Both the position numbers and the translations under genes were made by a program. The notes below the pieces were generated by a model that saw nothing but the letters and a program-made list of their open reading frames with translations, was not told the DNA's origin and searched no databases. Below, piece after piece: positions 1-8,924 of a stretch of DNA of 64,000 nt (the first letter of the stretch is position 1; every line of letters begins with the position of its first letter). Source of the stretch: Candidatus Aminicenantes bacterium (GTDB lineage Bacteria > Acidobacteriota > Aminicenantia > Aminicenantales > Saccharicenantaceae); the NCBI GenBank assembly GCA_963807525.1, contig CAWECI010000025.1, positions 26,062 through 90,061 on the forward strand, written 5' to 3'.

Positions 1-355
1 GCGCGTTGACGCCGCAAGGCCGCGGAAAGAGGGATGAGGGGTGTCGTCGGAATGAGCATAAAGCGGTGAAGGCGCTGCGCACGCGGCCCCTTCTGCTTCT
101 TTTCTCACCCGGCCATCATTTGTCCGTCGTATCGCCTGATCAAAAAGTTGACGAGGTACTTATATCTGAATCGCCGCGATGCGAAGGAGGGATGACGCAA
201 CGGCGTGGGGGCCCCCCGCCTGCGCGCAGGCGCTGATGCCGATGAGCCCTTTGGAGCGCCGAGCACAGCCGGGGGTGACGCCGAGGGAGGAATCCCGACT
301 GAGCAAGCTAACTTGACTTGGCTCCAGCGCGTGGACATAATGATGGCCACACCCC

Positions 356-1246
356 ATGCTTCTCAAGCAGCAGGATTTCTATCGCTCCTTGACCGCTCTC
401 TCGCCGGGTCTCGTGGAGCGCGTCCGCCGGACGATCGAGGAGGCGGAGAAGAAGTTCTCGAAAAAGAAGGACGGCAAGCCGGGCTTCCTGTGGGAGCACA
501 CGGTCCTCGTCGCGTCCCAGTCCTTTCGCTTGGCCAAGGCCGAGAAGGAAGACCCCGATCTGGCCGCTCTGGTCGCCCTCTTCCATGATTCGGGCAAGTT
601 CGCCGGCGGCCGCTATCATGCCGACGACAAGCCCGAAGAGGAGGAGGGGGCCCGCCTGGCCCGGGCTACGCTGGAGGAGGCCGGCTTGAAGATGGCCGAT
701 ACCGGCCACGTCGTCCGGGCCCTCCGCTCGCTCTATCAGGCCGGCGCCAGCCGCAGCCGCTTGGCCGACATCGTCCATGACGCCGATTTCCTGTCCAAGT
801 TCGGCTATCTCGGGGTGGCCAATTTTTTCGTTAAATCGACGCTGCGCGGCCGCAACCTGGAGTCGGCGGCCATGGATTATCTCAGCAAGGAACTGACCTA
901 CGCGACCGTGCTCCCGGCCAACATGCGGACCGCGGCGGCCCGGCGCCTGGCCGTCAAGAAATCTGCCGACACCCTGAAGTTCTACAAGTCCTATCTGGCC
1001 GAGCTCAAAGAGGCGCAGGGCATCGACTTCCGCATCCGGGCCGTCGAGGTGCCGACCGCGGGCCGGGGCCGCCGGGCCAAGGTGACCCTGGTCCTGCCCG
1101 TTTCGTGCGGCGCCTGCGGCGGCAAATGGTCGACCGACCTGCGGACCGAAAAGGGGCTCAAGTGCGAGAAGCTCGAAGCCTCGCTCCGCTGCCCGGGCTG
1201 CGACGAGCGGCGCTCGATCTCGTTCTGCCTGCCGGAGATGGGGTGA
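356..1246 (+). CDS. HD-domain phosphohydrolase with C-terminal double CxxC zinc ribbon
   Basis: 296-aa ORF; motifs LFHDSGKF and VHDADFLSKFGY typical of HD superfamily; C-terminal CGACGG...CPGCDE. Confidence 0.55.
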   Translation: MLLKQQDFYRSLTALSPGLVERVRRTIEEAEKKFSKKKDGKPGFLWEHTVLVASQSFRLAKAEKEDPDLAALVALFHDSGKFAGGRYHADDKPEEEEGARLARATLEEAGLKMADTGHVVRALRSLYQAGASRSRLADIVHDADFLSKFGYLGVANFFVKSTLRGRNLESAAMDYLSKELTYATVLPANMRTAAARRLAVKKSADTLKFYKSYLAELKEAQGIDFRIRAVEVPTAGRGRRAKVTLVLPVSCGACGGKWSTDLRTEKGLKCEKLEASLRCPGCDERRSISFCLPEMG

Positions 1247-1268
1247 CCGGTACTCCCCGGGAGGGATC

Positions 1269-2408
1269 TTGAAACACGCTCCGATCGCTGCCCTACCAGC
1301 TTTCGCGGTCCTCATCTCGCTCCTGGCCCCCGCCTGCGTCAAGGGAGACCGGTCCGCCGCCGCGACTCAAGCCGCTGCGGCCCCCACCGTCGCCTCGCGC
1401 CCCATCGTCGGGGTCAAGATCTACGAAGCCTCGCCGCCCTTCGGAGGGCTCTTCTCCAAGTGGCGCGAACTCGGGATCAATACTCTGTTCGTCAGCGAGA
1501 CGCTTCTCATGAACGCGGATTTCCGGACCCTGGCCCGGACTGCCGGCCTGGCTCTCTTCCTCATCTATCCCGTCTTCCAGAGCCCCGAGGCCATCAAAGA
1601 GAACCCGGAGATCGCGGCCGTCACCGCCTCCGGCGCCCCGGCCCGCGACGAATGGGTGGAGTTCGTCTGCCCGACCAAGGGCGACGAATATCTCGAACGC
1701 CGGATCGGCCATCTCCGGGACCTCGTCGCGGCAGGCGATCCCGACGTCGTGAGCCTGGACTTCATCCGCTTTTTTGTCTTCTGGGAGAAGGTCGCCCCGG
1801 ATCGGGCACCAGGGTCCTTGCCCCAGACATGTTTCTGCCCGCTCTGCCTGCGCCTTTTCCAGAATGAGTTCGACGTCCATGTTCCCGCCTACCTCACCCG
1901 GACCGCCGACCAGGCGAAATGGATCCTCGAGAACCATGCCGCCGCGTGGGCCGATTGGAAGTGCGAACGGACCGTCAACGCGGTCACGCGCCTGGCCAGG
2001 GCCGCCCGCGAGGCCAAGCCGTCGGTCAAGATCAATCTCCACGCCGTGCCCTGGCGCCGCGACGATTTCGGGGGGGCGATCCGGTCCGTGGCCGGACAGG
2101 ACTTCGCCCTCCTGGCCCCGCTCGTCGATTTCATCTCGCCCATGACCTATCACCACATGGTCCGCCGAACACCGGCCTGGGTCCACGACGTCGTCGCCGG
2201 CATCTCCGCGGAGACCAAGGGCGCCGCGGTCCTTCCGAGCATCCAGGTCTCGGAAGCCTACATCGAGGACAAGCTCTCCCCCGACGAATTCCGGGCCGCA
2301 CTCGAGCAGGCCCTCAAACCTCCCTCCAAGGGCGTCGTCCTTTGGTCCTGGGACGCGCTGGCCAAGTCGCCTGAGAAACAAGCCCTTCTCCAGCGCCTGG
2401 TCCATTGA
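1269..2408 (+). CDS. lipoprotein, glycoside-hydrolase-like TIM-barrel (GHL/DUF4015-like)
   Basis: TTG start preceded by GGGAGGG; signal peptide ending LLAPAC (lipobox); fold-like motifs VSLDFIRFF, PMTYHHM; family assignment by recall only. Confidence 0.4.
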   Translation: MKHAPIAALPAFAVLISLLAPACVKGDRSAAATQAAAAPTVASRPIVGVKIYEASPPFGGLFSKWRELGINTLFVSETLLMNADFRTLARTAGLALFLIYPVFQSPEAIKENPEIAAVTASGAPARDEWVEFVCPTKGDEYLERRIGHLRDLVAAGDPDVVSLDFIRFFVFWEKVAPDRAPGSLPQTCFCPLCLRLFQNEFDVHVPAYLTRTADQAKWILENHAAAWADWKCERTVNAVTRLARAAREAKPSVKINLHAVPWRRDDFGGAIRSVAGQDFALLAPLVDFISPMTYHHMVRRTPAWVHDVVAGISAETKGAAVLPSIQVSEAYIEDKLSPDEFRAALEQALKPPSKGVVLWSWDALAKSPEKQALLQRLVH

Positions 2409-2451
2409 AAAAAAGCGCCGATAAGATAAGAATAGGCGTCTGAGACAGATC

Positions 2452-3570
2452 ATGTTCCGCCCGCGACGCCGGATATCCTTGCCCTCCGCCGCGGCCGTGC
2501 CCTTCCTTCCGCTGGTCATCGTTCTGGCCGGCTGCCAGGTTTCTCAGATCCCCTCCGAGCCGATCCGCCCTAATAAGGTCGTCATGGGCTACTATCGGAC
2601 CTCGAACCGGGCCGTGCTCGATCATACCCAGATCGCCTACCGATATCTGACCCACATCGCCCACGCCTTTGCCTGGCCCGACGCCTCCGGCAACCTGGTC
2701 GTACCCGACGGCTTCCTTTACCCGGAGCTCAACGCCGCCGCTCACGCGAGCGGCGTCAAGATGATCCTCAGCCTCGGCGGCTGGGGCAACTGCGACGGCT
2801 TCCCGGGCATGGCCTCGACGGCCGAGAACCGGGCCCGGTTCATCGGCCAGCTCGTCGGCTTCTGCAAGTCCCATGCGTATGACGGCGTCGACATCGATTG
2901 GGAGTTCGTCTCGAACGATCAACAGAAGTCCGATTTCAGCCTCTTCGTTGAGGCCCTCAGCGCCGCCTTCAAGGCTCAGTCCCCGCCCCTCCTTCTGACC
3001 ACAGCCACCCCGTCGGATAAGTACTACGGCCGCTGGATCGATTACGAACGCCTGGCCGACGACTTCGACTTCATCGGTTTCATGACTTACGATTATCATG
3101 GCAACTGGTCCGACCACGCGGGCCACAATTCTCCGCTCTATACGCCCTCGTGGGACGCCTGCGGCTCGGTCGACGGTACGTTCATTTACGCCCGGAGCCG
3201 CCAAGTCCCGCTGGCCAAGCTCCTCATCGGGGTGCCGTTCTTCGGCCGGTCCTTCGATTGCGGCGGCATGGGCCGGGCCTTCACCGCGAGCCAGGGCTGG
3301 GATTACACGGCCGTCATGTCCCTCTCGGGTCCGTCCTGGTCCCGCGTCTGGGACAGCGAGGCCCAGGTCCCTTACATGCGCCGGAACGACGGCGGCATGG
3401 TCATCTCCTACGACGACATGAGCTCGGTCGGGCTCAAGTGCCAATACGTCAAGGACAAGGGCTCGGCCGGGGTCATCATCTGGGAGCTCAGCGGGGACTT
3501 CCGGTCCGGCGCCTCCGAGCTCTTGGAAGTCGTCGGGAAGTCTTTCGGGGCTTCGACCGGGCGCGATTGA
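2452..3570 (+). CDS. GH18 family chitinase/endo-beta-N-acetylglucosaminidase-like lipoprotein
   Basis: 372 aa; signal peptide + LAGC lipobox; canonical GH18 catalytic motif YDGVDIDWEF. Confidence 0.75.
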   Translation: MFRPRRRISLPSAAAVPFLPLVIVLAGCQVSQIPSEPIRPNKVVMGYYRTSNRAVLDHTQIAYRYLTHIAHAFAWPDASGNLVVPDGFLYPELNAAAHASGVKMILSLGGWGNCDGFPGMASTAENRARFIGQLVGFCKSHAYDGVDIDWEFVSNDQQKSDFSLFVEALSAAFKAQSPPLLLTTATPSDKYYGRWIDYERLADDFDFIGFMTYDYHGNWSDHAGHNSPLYTPSWDACGSVDGTFIYARSRQVPLAKLLIGVPFFGRSFDCGGMGRAFTASQGWDYTAVMSLSGPSWSRVWDSEAQVPYMRRNDGGMVISYDDMSSVGLKCQYVKDKGSAGVIIWELSGDFRSGASELLEVVGKSFGASTGRD

Positions 3571-3596
3571 CGATCCTATTCTGAGAGGTGATCACG

Positions 3597-5921
3597 ATGA
3601 GACACGCCGGGCCCATCGCGATGATGCTGGCCCTGCTCCTGGCCGCCGCTCCGCTGCTTTGCGGCTCCGGGACCGCGCCCGCCGGTGCGGCCGTCCCCGA
3701 TAAGACCCAGGGCTTTTTCCCCGTCTCCGTCTGGTACGCGGGCGGCAAGGCCCGGGCGCCCATGCTCGAGACCGTGACCCCTCAATCGCGCGAGGTCTGG
3801 AAGAAGGACATCGAACAGATCAAGCGGCTGGGCTTCAACACGGTCCGGACCTGGATCGAGTGGACGGCCTGCGAAAAGAACGAAGGGCGATACGACTTCT
3901 CGGCCCTCGAGCTCCTCACCGATCTGGCCGGCGAGGCCGGGCTGCGGGTCATCGCCCAGGTCTACATCGACTCGGCCCCCGACTGGGTCGGCCGGAAATA
4001 CCCCGACGCCAAGTTCGTTTCCTCGAACGGGGTGGCCGTCGAATCGCAGGCCTCGCCCGGGTTCTGCTTCGACCACGACGGCGTCCAGGAGAAGGTCCTC
4101 GATTTCTTCAAGGCCGCGGCCCGGGCCGTCAAGGGCAAGCCGGCCTTCTACGGCTGGGACCTGTGGAGCGAGCCCCACATCATCAATTGGGCCGAGGTCT
4201 ATTACGTCGGCGACCTCAACTCGGTCCAGTTCTGCTACTGCCATTCGACGCAGGACCGCTTCCGGGACTGGCTGCGGAAGAAATACGGCACCGTCGAGGC
4301 CCTCGACAAGGCCTGGTACCGGACCCTGCGGTCGTGGGACGAGGTCCAACCGCCTCGCTACGGCACCATCCTGACGTTTACCGACTACATCGACTGGAAG
4401 GAATTCATCTCCGACAAGCTGGCCGAGGACCTGGCCCTCAAAGCCGCGGCCGTCAAGTCGGTAATGCCGGACACGGTCGTCACCAGCCACTCGGCGGCGC
4501 CCGGCATCTTCACCCGGCCCGACTGGTCGGGGACACCCGACGACCGGAAGATGTCCGACAGCGTCGATTTCTACGGCGCCTCGATCTACCCCAAGCATGC
4601 CTGGACGGTCCGGCCGTGGTCGCCCTTCTACCGCTCCTCGGGGCTCGACTTCGTCCGGTCCATGGGGATCGGGAACGGCGGCTTCTATATCGGCGAGCTC
4701 CAGGCCGGCTACGGCGTCTTCGGCATGAAGATGAGCTATCCCGTGGTGGCGGCCGACACGCGCGACTGGATGTGGAGCACGATCGCCTACGGCGCCCGGG
4801 CGGTCAACATCTACGCCTATTACCCGATGAGCACGGGCTACGAGGCCGGCGGCTACGGCCTGGTCGAGCTCGACGGCAAGGTCACCGAGCGGGCTGAGGC
4901 CGGCGGCCGGATCGCCCGGGTGGTCACCGCCAACCAGGACCTCTTCCTCAAGGCCCGGCCGGCCCCGGCCCAGATCGCCATCCTTTATGATCCGCTCTCG
5001 CACATGGTCGGCGGCCAGCAGGCCTACACCGGCGAAGGCCAGACGATCGGCGTCAACAACCTGAGCGAATCGCTGCAGGGCGTCCACCGGGCTTTTTTCG
5101 AGAGAAACATCCCGGTCGACTTCCTCCACGTCCGCGACTTGGGCACGCCGCGGGCCGCGGGCTATAAGCTCATCATCGCCCCGTACCCGGTCATGATGTC
5201 CCGGCCGCACGTCCAGGCCCTGGTCGAGTACGTCCGCGCGGGCGGCACGCTTCTCACCGAGGCCCGCTGCGGCTGGGTCGACGAGAAGGGGGCCTCGAGC
5301 CCGATCGTCCCGGGCGGCGGGCTCGACCAGGTCTTCGGCTGCCGCGAGCTCGAGCTGACGCCGCTCGCCAAGACCGGCGTCGTCGAGATCAAGGCCGCCG
5401 ACGAGGCCTTCCCACTGCTCAAGCCGGGCGACAGGCTCGACAGCCTGTTCTTCGAGGAAAGCCTGGACGTCTTCGGCAAATCGAGCCGCGTCGTGGCCGT
5501 CTTCCCGGACGGGCGGCCGGCCGTCGTGGCCGCGCCCTTCGGGAAGGGGAGGGCCATCATCGCCGGCTCGTTCCTCGGCTCGGCCTACCATCACTTCAAG
5601 AACCCCAACAATGGCAAGTTCTTCGCCGGGCTAGCCGACTGGCTCAAGATCGCGCCGGCCGTCCGGGTCAGTGCCTCGGCGCCGGACGCCGTCGTCGAGG
5701 CCCGCCTGCTCCAGGGCGACGGTTACGCCCTCCTCTTCGGATTCAACCGCGGCGACAGACCGGTCACCGCCAAGTTCGGCGTATTGACCTCGGCCGCCAA
5801 GCCCGTTGCCGCAGACCTCGAAATGGGTCAGGCCGTGGGAACCGGGCGCGACGGGGACCGCGTCGTCGTCGAAAAGACCCTCCAGCCGGCCGAGGTCTGG
5901 GTCGTGCATATTAAATGGTAG
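3597..5921 (+). CDS. GH42 beta-galactosidase
   Basis: ATG at 3597, 9 nt after GAGAGG; signal peptide; GH42-like N-terminus (KRLGFNTVRTWIEWTACE...) and trimerisation-like C-terminus; ORF track start 3588 is GTG overlapping the RBS. Confidence 0.75.
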   Translation: MRHAGPIAMMLALLLAAAPLLCGSGTAPAGAAVPDKTQGFFPVSVWYAGGKARAPMLETVTPQSREVWKKDIEQIKRLGFNTVRTWIEWTACEKNEGRYDFSALELLTDLAGEAGLRVIAQVYIDSAPDWVGRKYPDAKFVSSNGVAVESQASPGFCFDHDGVQEKVLDFFKAAARAVKGKPAFYGWDLWSEPHIINWAEVYYVGDLNSVQFCYCHSTQDRFRDWLRKKYGTVEALDKAWYRTLRSWDEVQPPRYGTILTFTDYIDWKEFISDKLAEDLALKAAAVKSVMPDTVVTSHSAAPGIFTRPDWSGTPDDRKMSDSVDFYGASIYPKHAWTVRPWSPFYRSSGLDFVRSMGIGNGGFYIGELQAGYGVFGMKMSYPVVAADTRDWMWSTIAYGARAVNIYAYYPMSTGYEAGGYGLVELDGKVTERAEAGGRIARVVTANQDLFLKARPAPAQIAILYDPLSHMVGGQQAYTGEGQTIGVNNLSESLQGVHRAFFERNIPVDFLHVRDLGTPRAAGYKLIIAPYPVMMSRPHVQALVEYVRAGGTLLTEARCGWVDEKGASSPIVPGGGLDQVFGCRELELTPLAKTGVVEIKAADEAFPLLKPGDRLDSLFFEESLDVFGKSSRVVAVFPDGRPAVVAAPFGKGRAIIAGSFLGSAYHHFKNPNNGKFFAGLADWLKIAPAVRVSASAPDAVVEARLLQGDGYALLFGFNRGDRPVTAKFGVLTSAAKPVAADLEMGQAVGTGRDGDRVVVEKTLQPAEVWVVHIKW

Positions 5922-5924
5922 ATA

Positions 5925-5997
5925 AAATGGGGACGTTTCTATTTATTTTTTTCATGATGGACGAAGATGAATAAAAAAAATAGAAACGTCCCCATTT
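5925..5997 (+). terminator. palindromic element (20-bp arms AAATGGGGACGTTTCTATTT / AAATAGAAACGTCCCCATTT) followed by TTTCTTTCTCC; likely rho-independent terminator of GH42 gene; member of a repeated family
   Basis: perfect inverted repeat read directly; starts 4 nt after GH42 stop; T-rich tail. Confidence 0.6.
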
Positions 5998-6090
5998 CTT
6001 TCTCCCGGTCGTCAACTGCGCCATGATCGTCGGCCTGACCCTCGTCGGCAGACTGAGGGCGGGCCGGCCGGCGCGGAAGGAGAGCGCATC

Positions 6091-8856
6091 ATGAGGCCAC
6101 GGAACGGATCCCGGTCCCTTTTCCCGCTCGTCGCGGGTTTCCTCTTCGTCTTCGGCGCGATGGCCTTTGCCCAGGACGCCGCGACCGCTGCGGCGCAAAA
6201 GGAGCTCAGCCAAAAATACGCCCAGCTCCTGGCCGAAAAGGGCGTCACCGACGAGGCCGGCCGGGAGATCGGCGGCCGCTTGGAAAAGATCTTCGCCGAG
6301 GCCCGCGCGGCCGGCGCCAGGACCTCCAAGGACCTGGTCAGGTTCGCCCTCACGGCCATGAACTACGCGGCCTCGAACCTGGCCGGCTTCCCGCAGGCCG
6401 CGTTCGACCGGCCCATCGGCACGCGGCTCGAGAAGTTCGGCCACGCCATCGCGCCGGGCGATATCGAGGCCCGGGCCGAAGGCTCCGGCTGTCCGGTCGG
6501 CGGCCTCGGCGCCGGCGGCTTCGAGCGGCTCATGAACGGCAATTTCTCGACCTGGTTCCTCAAGCTCGGCTGGATGGTCGAGGACACGGTCTGGGCCGAC
6601 CAGTTCCATGTCTTCGTCAGGTCCGGCGGCCGGACGGTCGCCAAGACCCTCTCCACGACCGCCCCGCCCGCCGCCGCCGGCCTGGGCGCCTGGGCCTGGA
6701 GCTATCCCGTCGGCCGGGGCGACTATTTCGCCCTCTTCCCCAAGTCCGGCTTCTCGTACGAAGAGAACGCCGACCTGCCCGTCAGGCTGGCCGTCGTTCA
6801 GTTCTCGCCGATCCTGTCGGGCAACTATAGGGAGACGAGCTATCCCGTCGCCATCTATAAATGGATCGCCCAGAATCCGACCCAGCAGCCGGCCCAGGTC
6901 AGCATTCTCCTGACCTGGGAGAACATGGTCGGCTGGGAGCCGGTCGAGGCCCGCCCGGCGGCCGGCCAGGCGCCCCAGGCCTCCTTCGTCTGGGACCGCC
7001 GCAGCGCCGGGAACTTGAACGAGACCGTGCAGGACGGCCGGGCCAAGGGCGTCTTGTTCCGCCGGCAGGGCCAGAACGTCCGGACGGGGAACGCCATGTC
7101 CGGGTCCATGGCCATCGCCGCCCTGGAGAGCCCGGACAAGTCCCGGGTCCTCATCCAACCCGCCTTCGACCCGCGCGGCGACGGCACCGACGTCTGGGCG
7201 AAGTTCGCCGCGGACGGGACGCTCGAGACGTCCCGGACCTCCTCGCCCGCGGGGCCGGGCCAGGAGACGGGCGCGGCCGTGGCCGTCACCTTCACCCTCA
7301 AGCCGGGCGAGCGTCTCGAAGTGCCCTTCGCCGTCGCCTGGGACCTGCCGTACTACGAGTTCGAGGCCGGGGCCAAGCACAAGAAGAAATACACGGACTT
7401 CTTCGGCGACGGCGGCCTGAGCGCCTTCCGCATCGCTGCCGAGGCCCTGGTCCGGGCGGGGGAGTGGGAACAGGCCATCGACGCCTGGCAGAAGCCGAGC
7501 CTGACAAACCCCGCCCTTCCGGACTGGTTCCGGCAGGCCCTGCTCAACGAGCTCTACGTCCTCGTGGAGACCAGCATCTGGGACGCGGCGACCAACCTTC
7601 ACACCTATCTCGAGAGCGCGGACTACCTCATGTACGGGACGACCGACGTCGATTCCTATTGCTGGCACGTCCTGCGCCTCTGGCCGGAGCTCGAGACGAC
7701 CCACATGAGCTATCTCGCCGGGACCATCCCGCTCGAGGACGCCTCCTACCGGGCCTTCCAATACGCGACCGTGTTCCCGAACGAAGTCCCAGCCGACAAG
7801 AAGGACTATTACTGGAACACGATCAAGCAGGCCGGCATGGTCCCCCACGACGTCGGCTCGCCGCGCAAGCGCCCGTGGACGATCCTGAACGCCTTTGATT
7901 GGCAGAACGCCAACTACTGGAAGGACATCAACCCGAAATTCCCGCTTCGCGCCTACCGGGACTTCCTGGCCACCGGCGGCATCGACATCGGCTTCCTGAT
8001 GAAGATGTTCCAGGCCTCGGTCCTGGCCCTGGACACGCTGGAGGCCCGCTTCGGTGACAGGATCAGCCACGTCCCGCTCGCCGAGGGCATCCCCGACCAG
8101 ACCTATGACACCTGGCGGATGAAAGGGGAGAGCGCCTACGTCGGGCTGCTATGGCTGGCCGGGCTCAAAGCCACGGTCCGCATGGGCGAGACGCTGGCCT
8201 CGCGCGGCCTCGTCCGGGCCGGGGACTTGGATATCCGCGAGATCCTAGTTAAATACAGGGGTTGGCTCGAAAACGGCCGGGCCTCTCTGCGCAAGCTCTG
8301 GGACGAGAGGGCCGGCTACTTTCATATCGACGCGACGAAGGACGACATCATGACCGACCAGCTGTTCGGCGTCTGGTACGCGGACATGCTCGGGCTCGAG
8401 GACGACGGCCGGGACCCGATCGTGCCGCCTGCGGACGCGGCCCGGGCCCTGCGGACGATCTACGACAAGAACGTTCTCGGCTTCGGCGGCGGCGTCATGG
8501 GCGCGGTCAACGGCCGCAAGGCCGACGGCGGCCAGCTCCGCAGCCAGCAGGGCGACGAGGTCTGGGTCGGCACGGCTTACGCCTTCGCCGCCGACCTCGT
8601 TCTCCACGGTCTCCCGGCCGAGGGCCTTCACACCGCTTACGGCGTCTATCAGGTCGTCTATAGTCCCTATGGACAGGGTTATTTCTTCAAGACGCCGGAG
8701 GCCTATCTCGACCCCGACGAAACCCTCTGGAACGATCCGGCCGGGAAGTACGGCGAGAAGACCTTCCGGGCCATGAAGTACATGCGGCCGGGCGCCGTCT
8801 GGGCCCTTTATGAGGTTCTCAGAAAAAATGCGGAAAAGCCGGTACAGAACAAGTAA
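6091..8856 (+). CDS. large secreted (alpha/alpha)6-type glycoside hydrolase, GH116/glucosylceramidase-like
   Basis: 921 aa, signal peptide (AMAFAQDA); size and two-domain layout resemble GH116 (DUF608); family call is tentative recall. Confidence 0.4.
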   Translation: MRPRNGSRSLFPLVAGFLFVFGAMAFAQDAATAAAQKELSQKYAQLLAEKGVTDEAGREIGGRLEKIFAEARAAGARTSKDLVRFALTAMNYAASNLAGFPQAAFDRPIGTRLEKFGHAIAPGDIEARAEGSGCPVGGLGAGGFERLMNGNFSTWFLKLGWMVEDTVWADQFHVFVRSGGRTVAKTLSTTAPPAAAGLGAWAWSYPVGRGDYFALFPKSGFSYEENADLPVRLAVVQFSPILSGNYRETSYPVAIYKWIAQNPTQQPAQVSILLTWENMVGWEPVEARPAAGQAPQASFVWDRRSAGNLNETVQDGRAKGVLFRRQGQNVRTGNAMSGSMAIAALESPDKSRVLIQPAFDPRGDGTDVWAKFAADGTLETSRTSSPAGPGQETGAAVAVTFTLKPGERLEVPFAVAWDLPYYEFEAGAKHKKKYTDFFGDGGLSAFRIAAEALVRAGEWEQAIDAWQKPSLTNPALPDWFRQALLNELYVLVETSIWDAATNLHTYLESADYLMYGTTDVDSYCWHVLRLWPELETTHMSYLAGTIPLEDASYRAFQYATVFPNEVPADKKDYYWNTIKQAGMVPHDVGSPRKRPWTILNAFDWQNANYWKDINPKFPLRAYRDFLATGGIDIGFLMKMFQASVLALDTLEARFGDRISHVPLAEGIPDQTYDTWRMKGESAYVGLLWLAGLKATVRMGETLASRGLVRAGDLDIREILVKYRGWLENGRASLRKLWDERAGYFHIDATKDDIMTDQLFGVWYADMLGLEDDGRDPIVPPADAARALRTIYDKNVLGFGGGVMGAVNGRKADGGQLRSQQGDEVWVGTAYAFAADLVLHGLPAEGLHTAYGVYQVVYSPYGQGYFFKTPEAYLDPDETLWNDPAGKYGEKTFRAMKYMRPGAVWALYEVLRKNAEKPVQNK

Positions 8857-8924
8857 GGCGCTGGCGGGGCGTCCAGGATTGCTCGGCGGGTGCGAATCGG
8901 CTAGATTGGTATGATGAGGTTCGA

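Noticed and set aside
5950-5975. Mini-ORF ATGATGGACGAAGATGAATAA (MMDEDE) in the hairpin loop
   Set aside because: Six codons inside a terminator loop; no RBS; considered coincidental.
3576-8070. Long minus-strand ORFs 3576-5594 and 5911-8070; similar cases at 308-1342, 1293-2519, 2314-3444, 8901-10796, 21900-23594, 59812-61641, 61977-63629
   Set aside because: Typical GC-rich antisense shadow ORFs overlapping well-supported genes; compositionally biased, no motifs.
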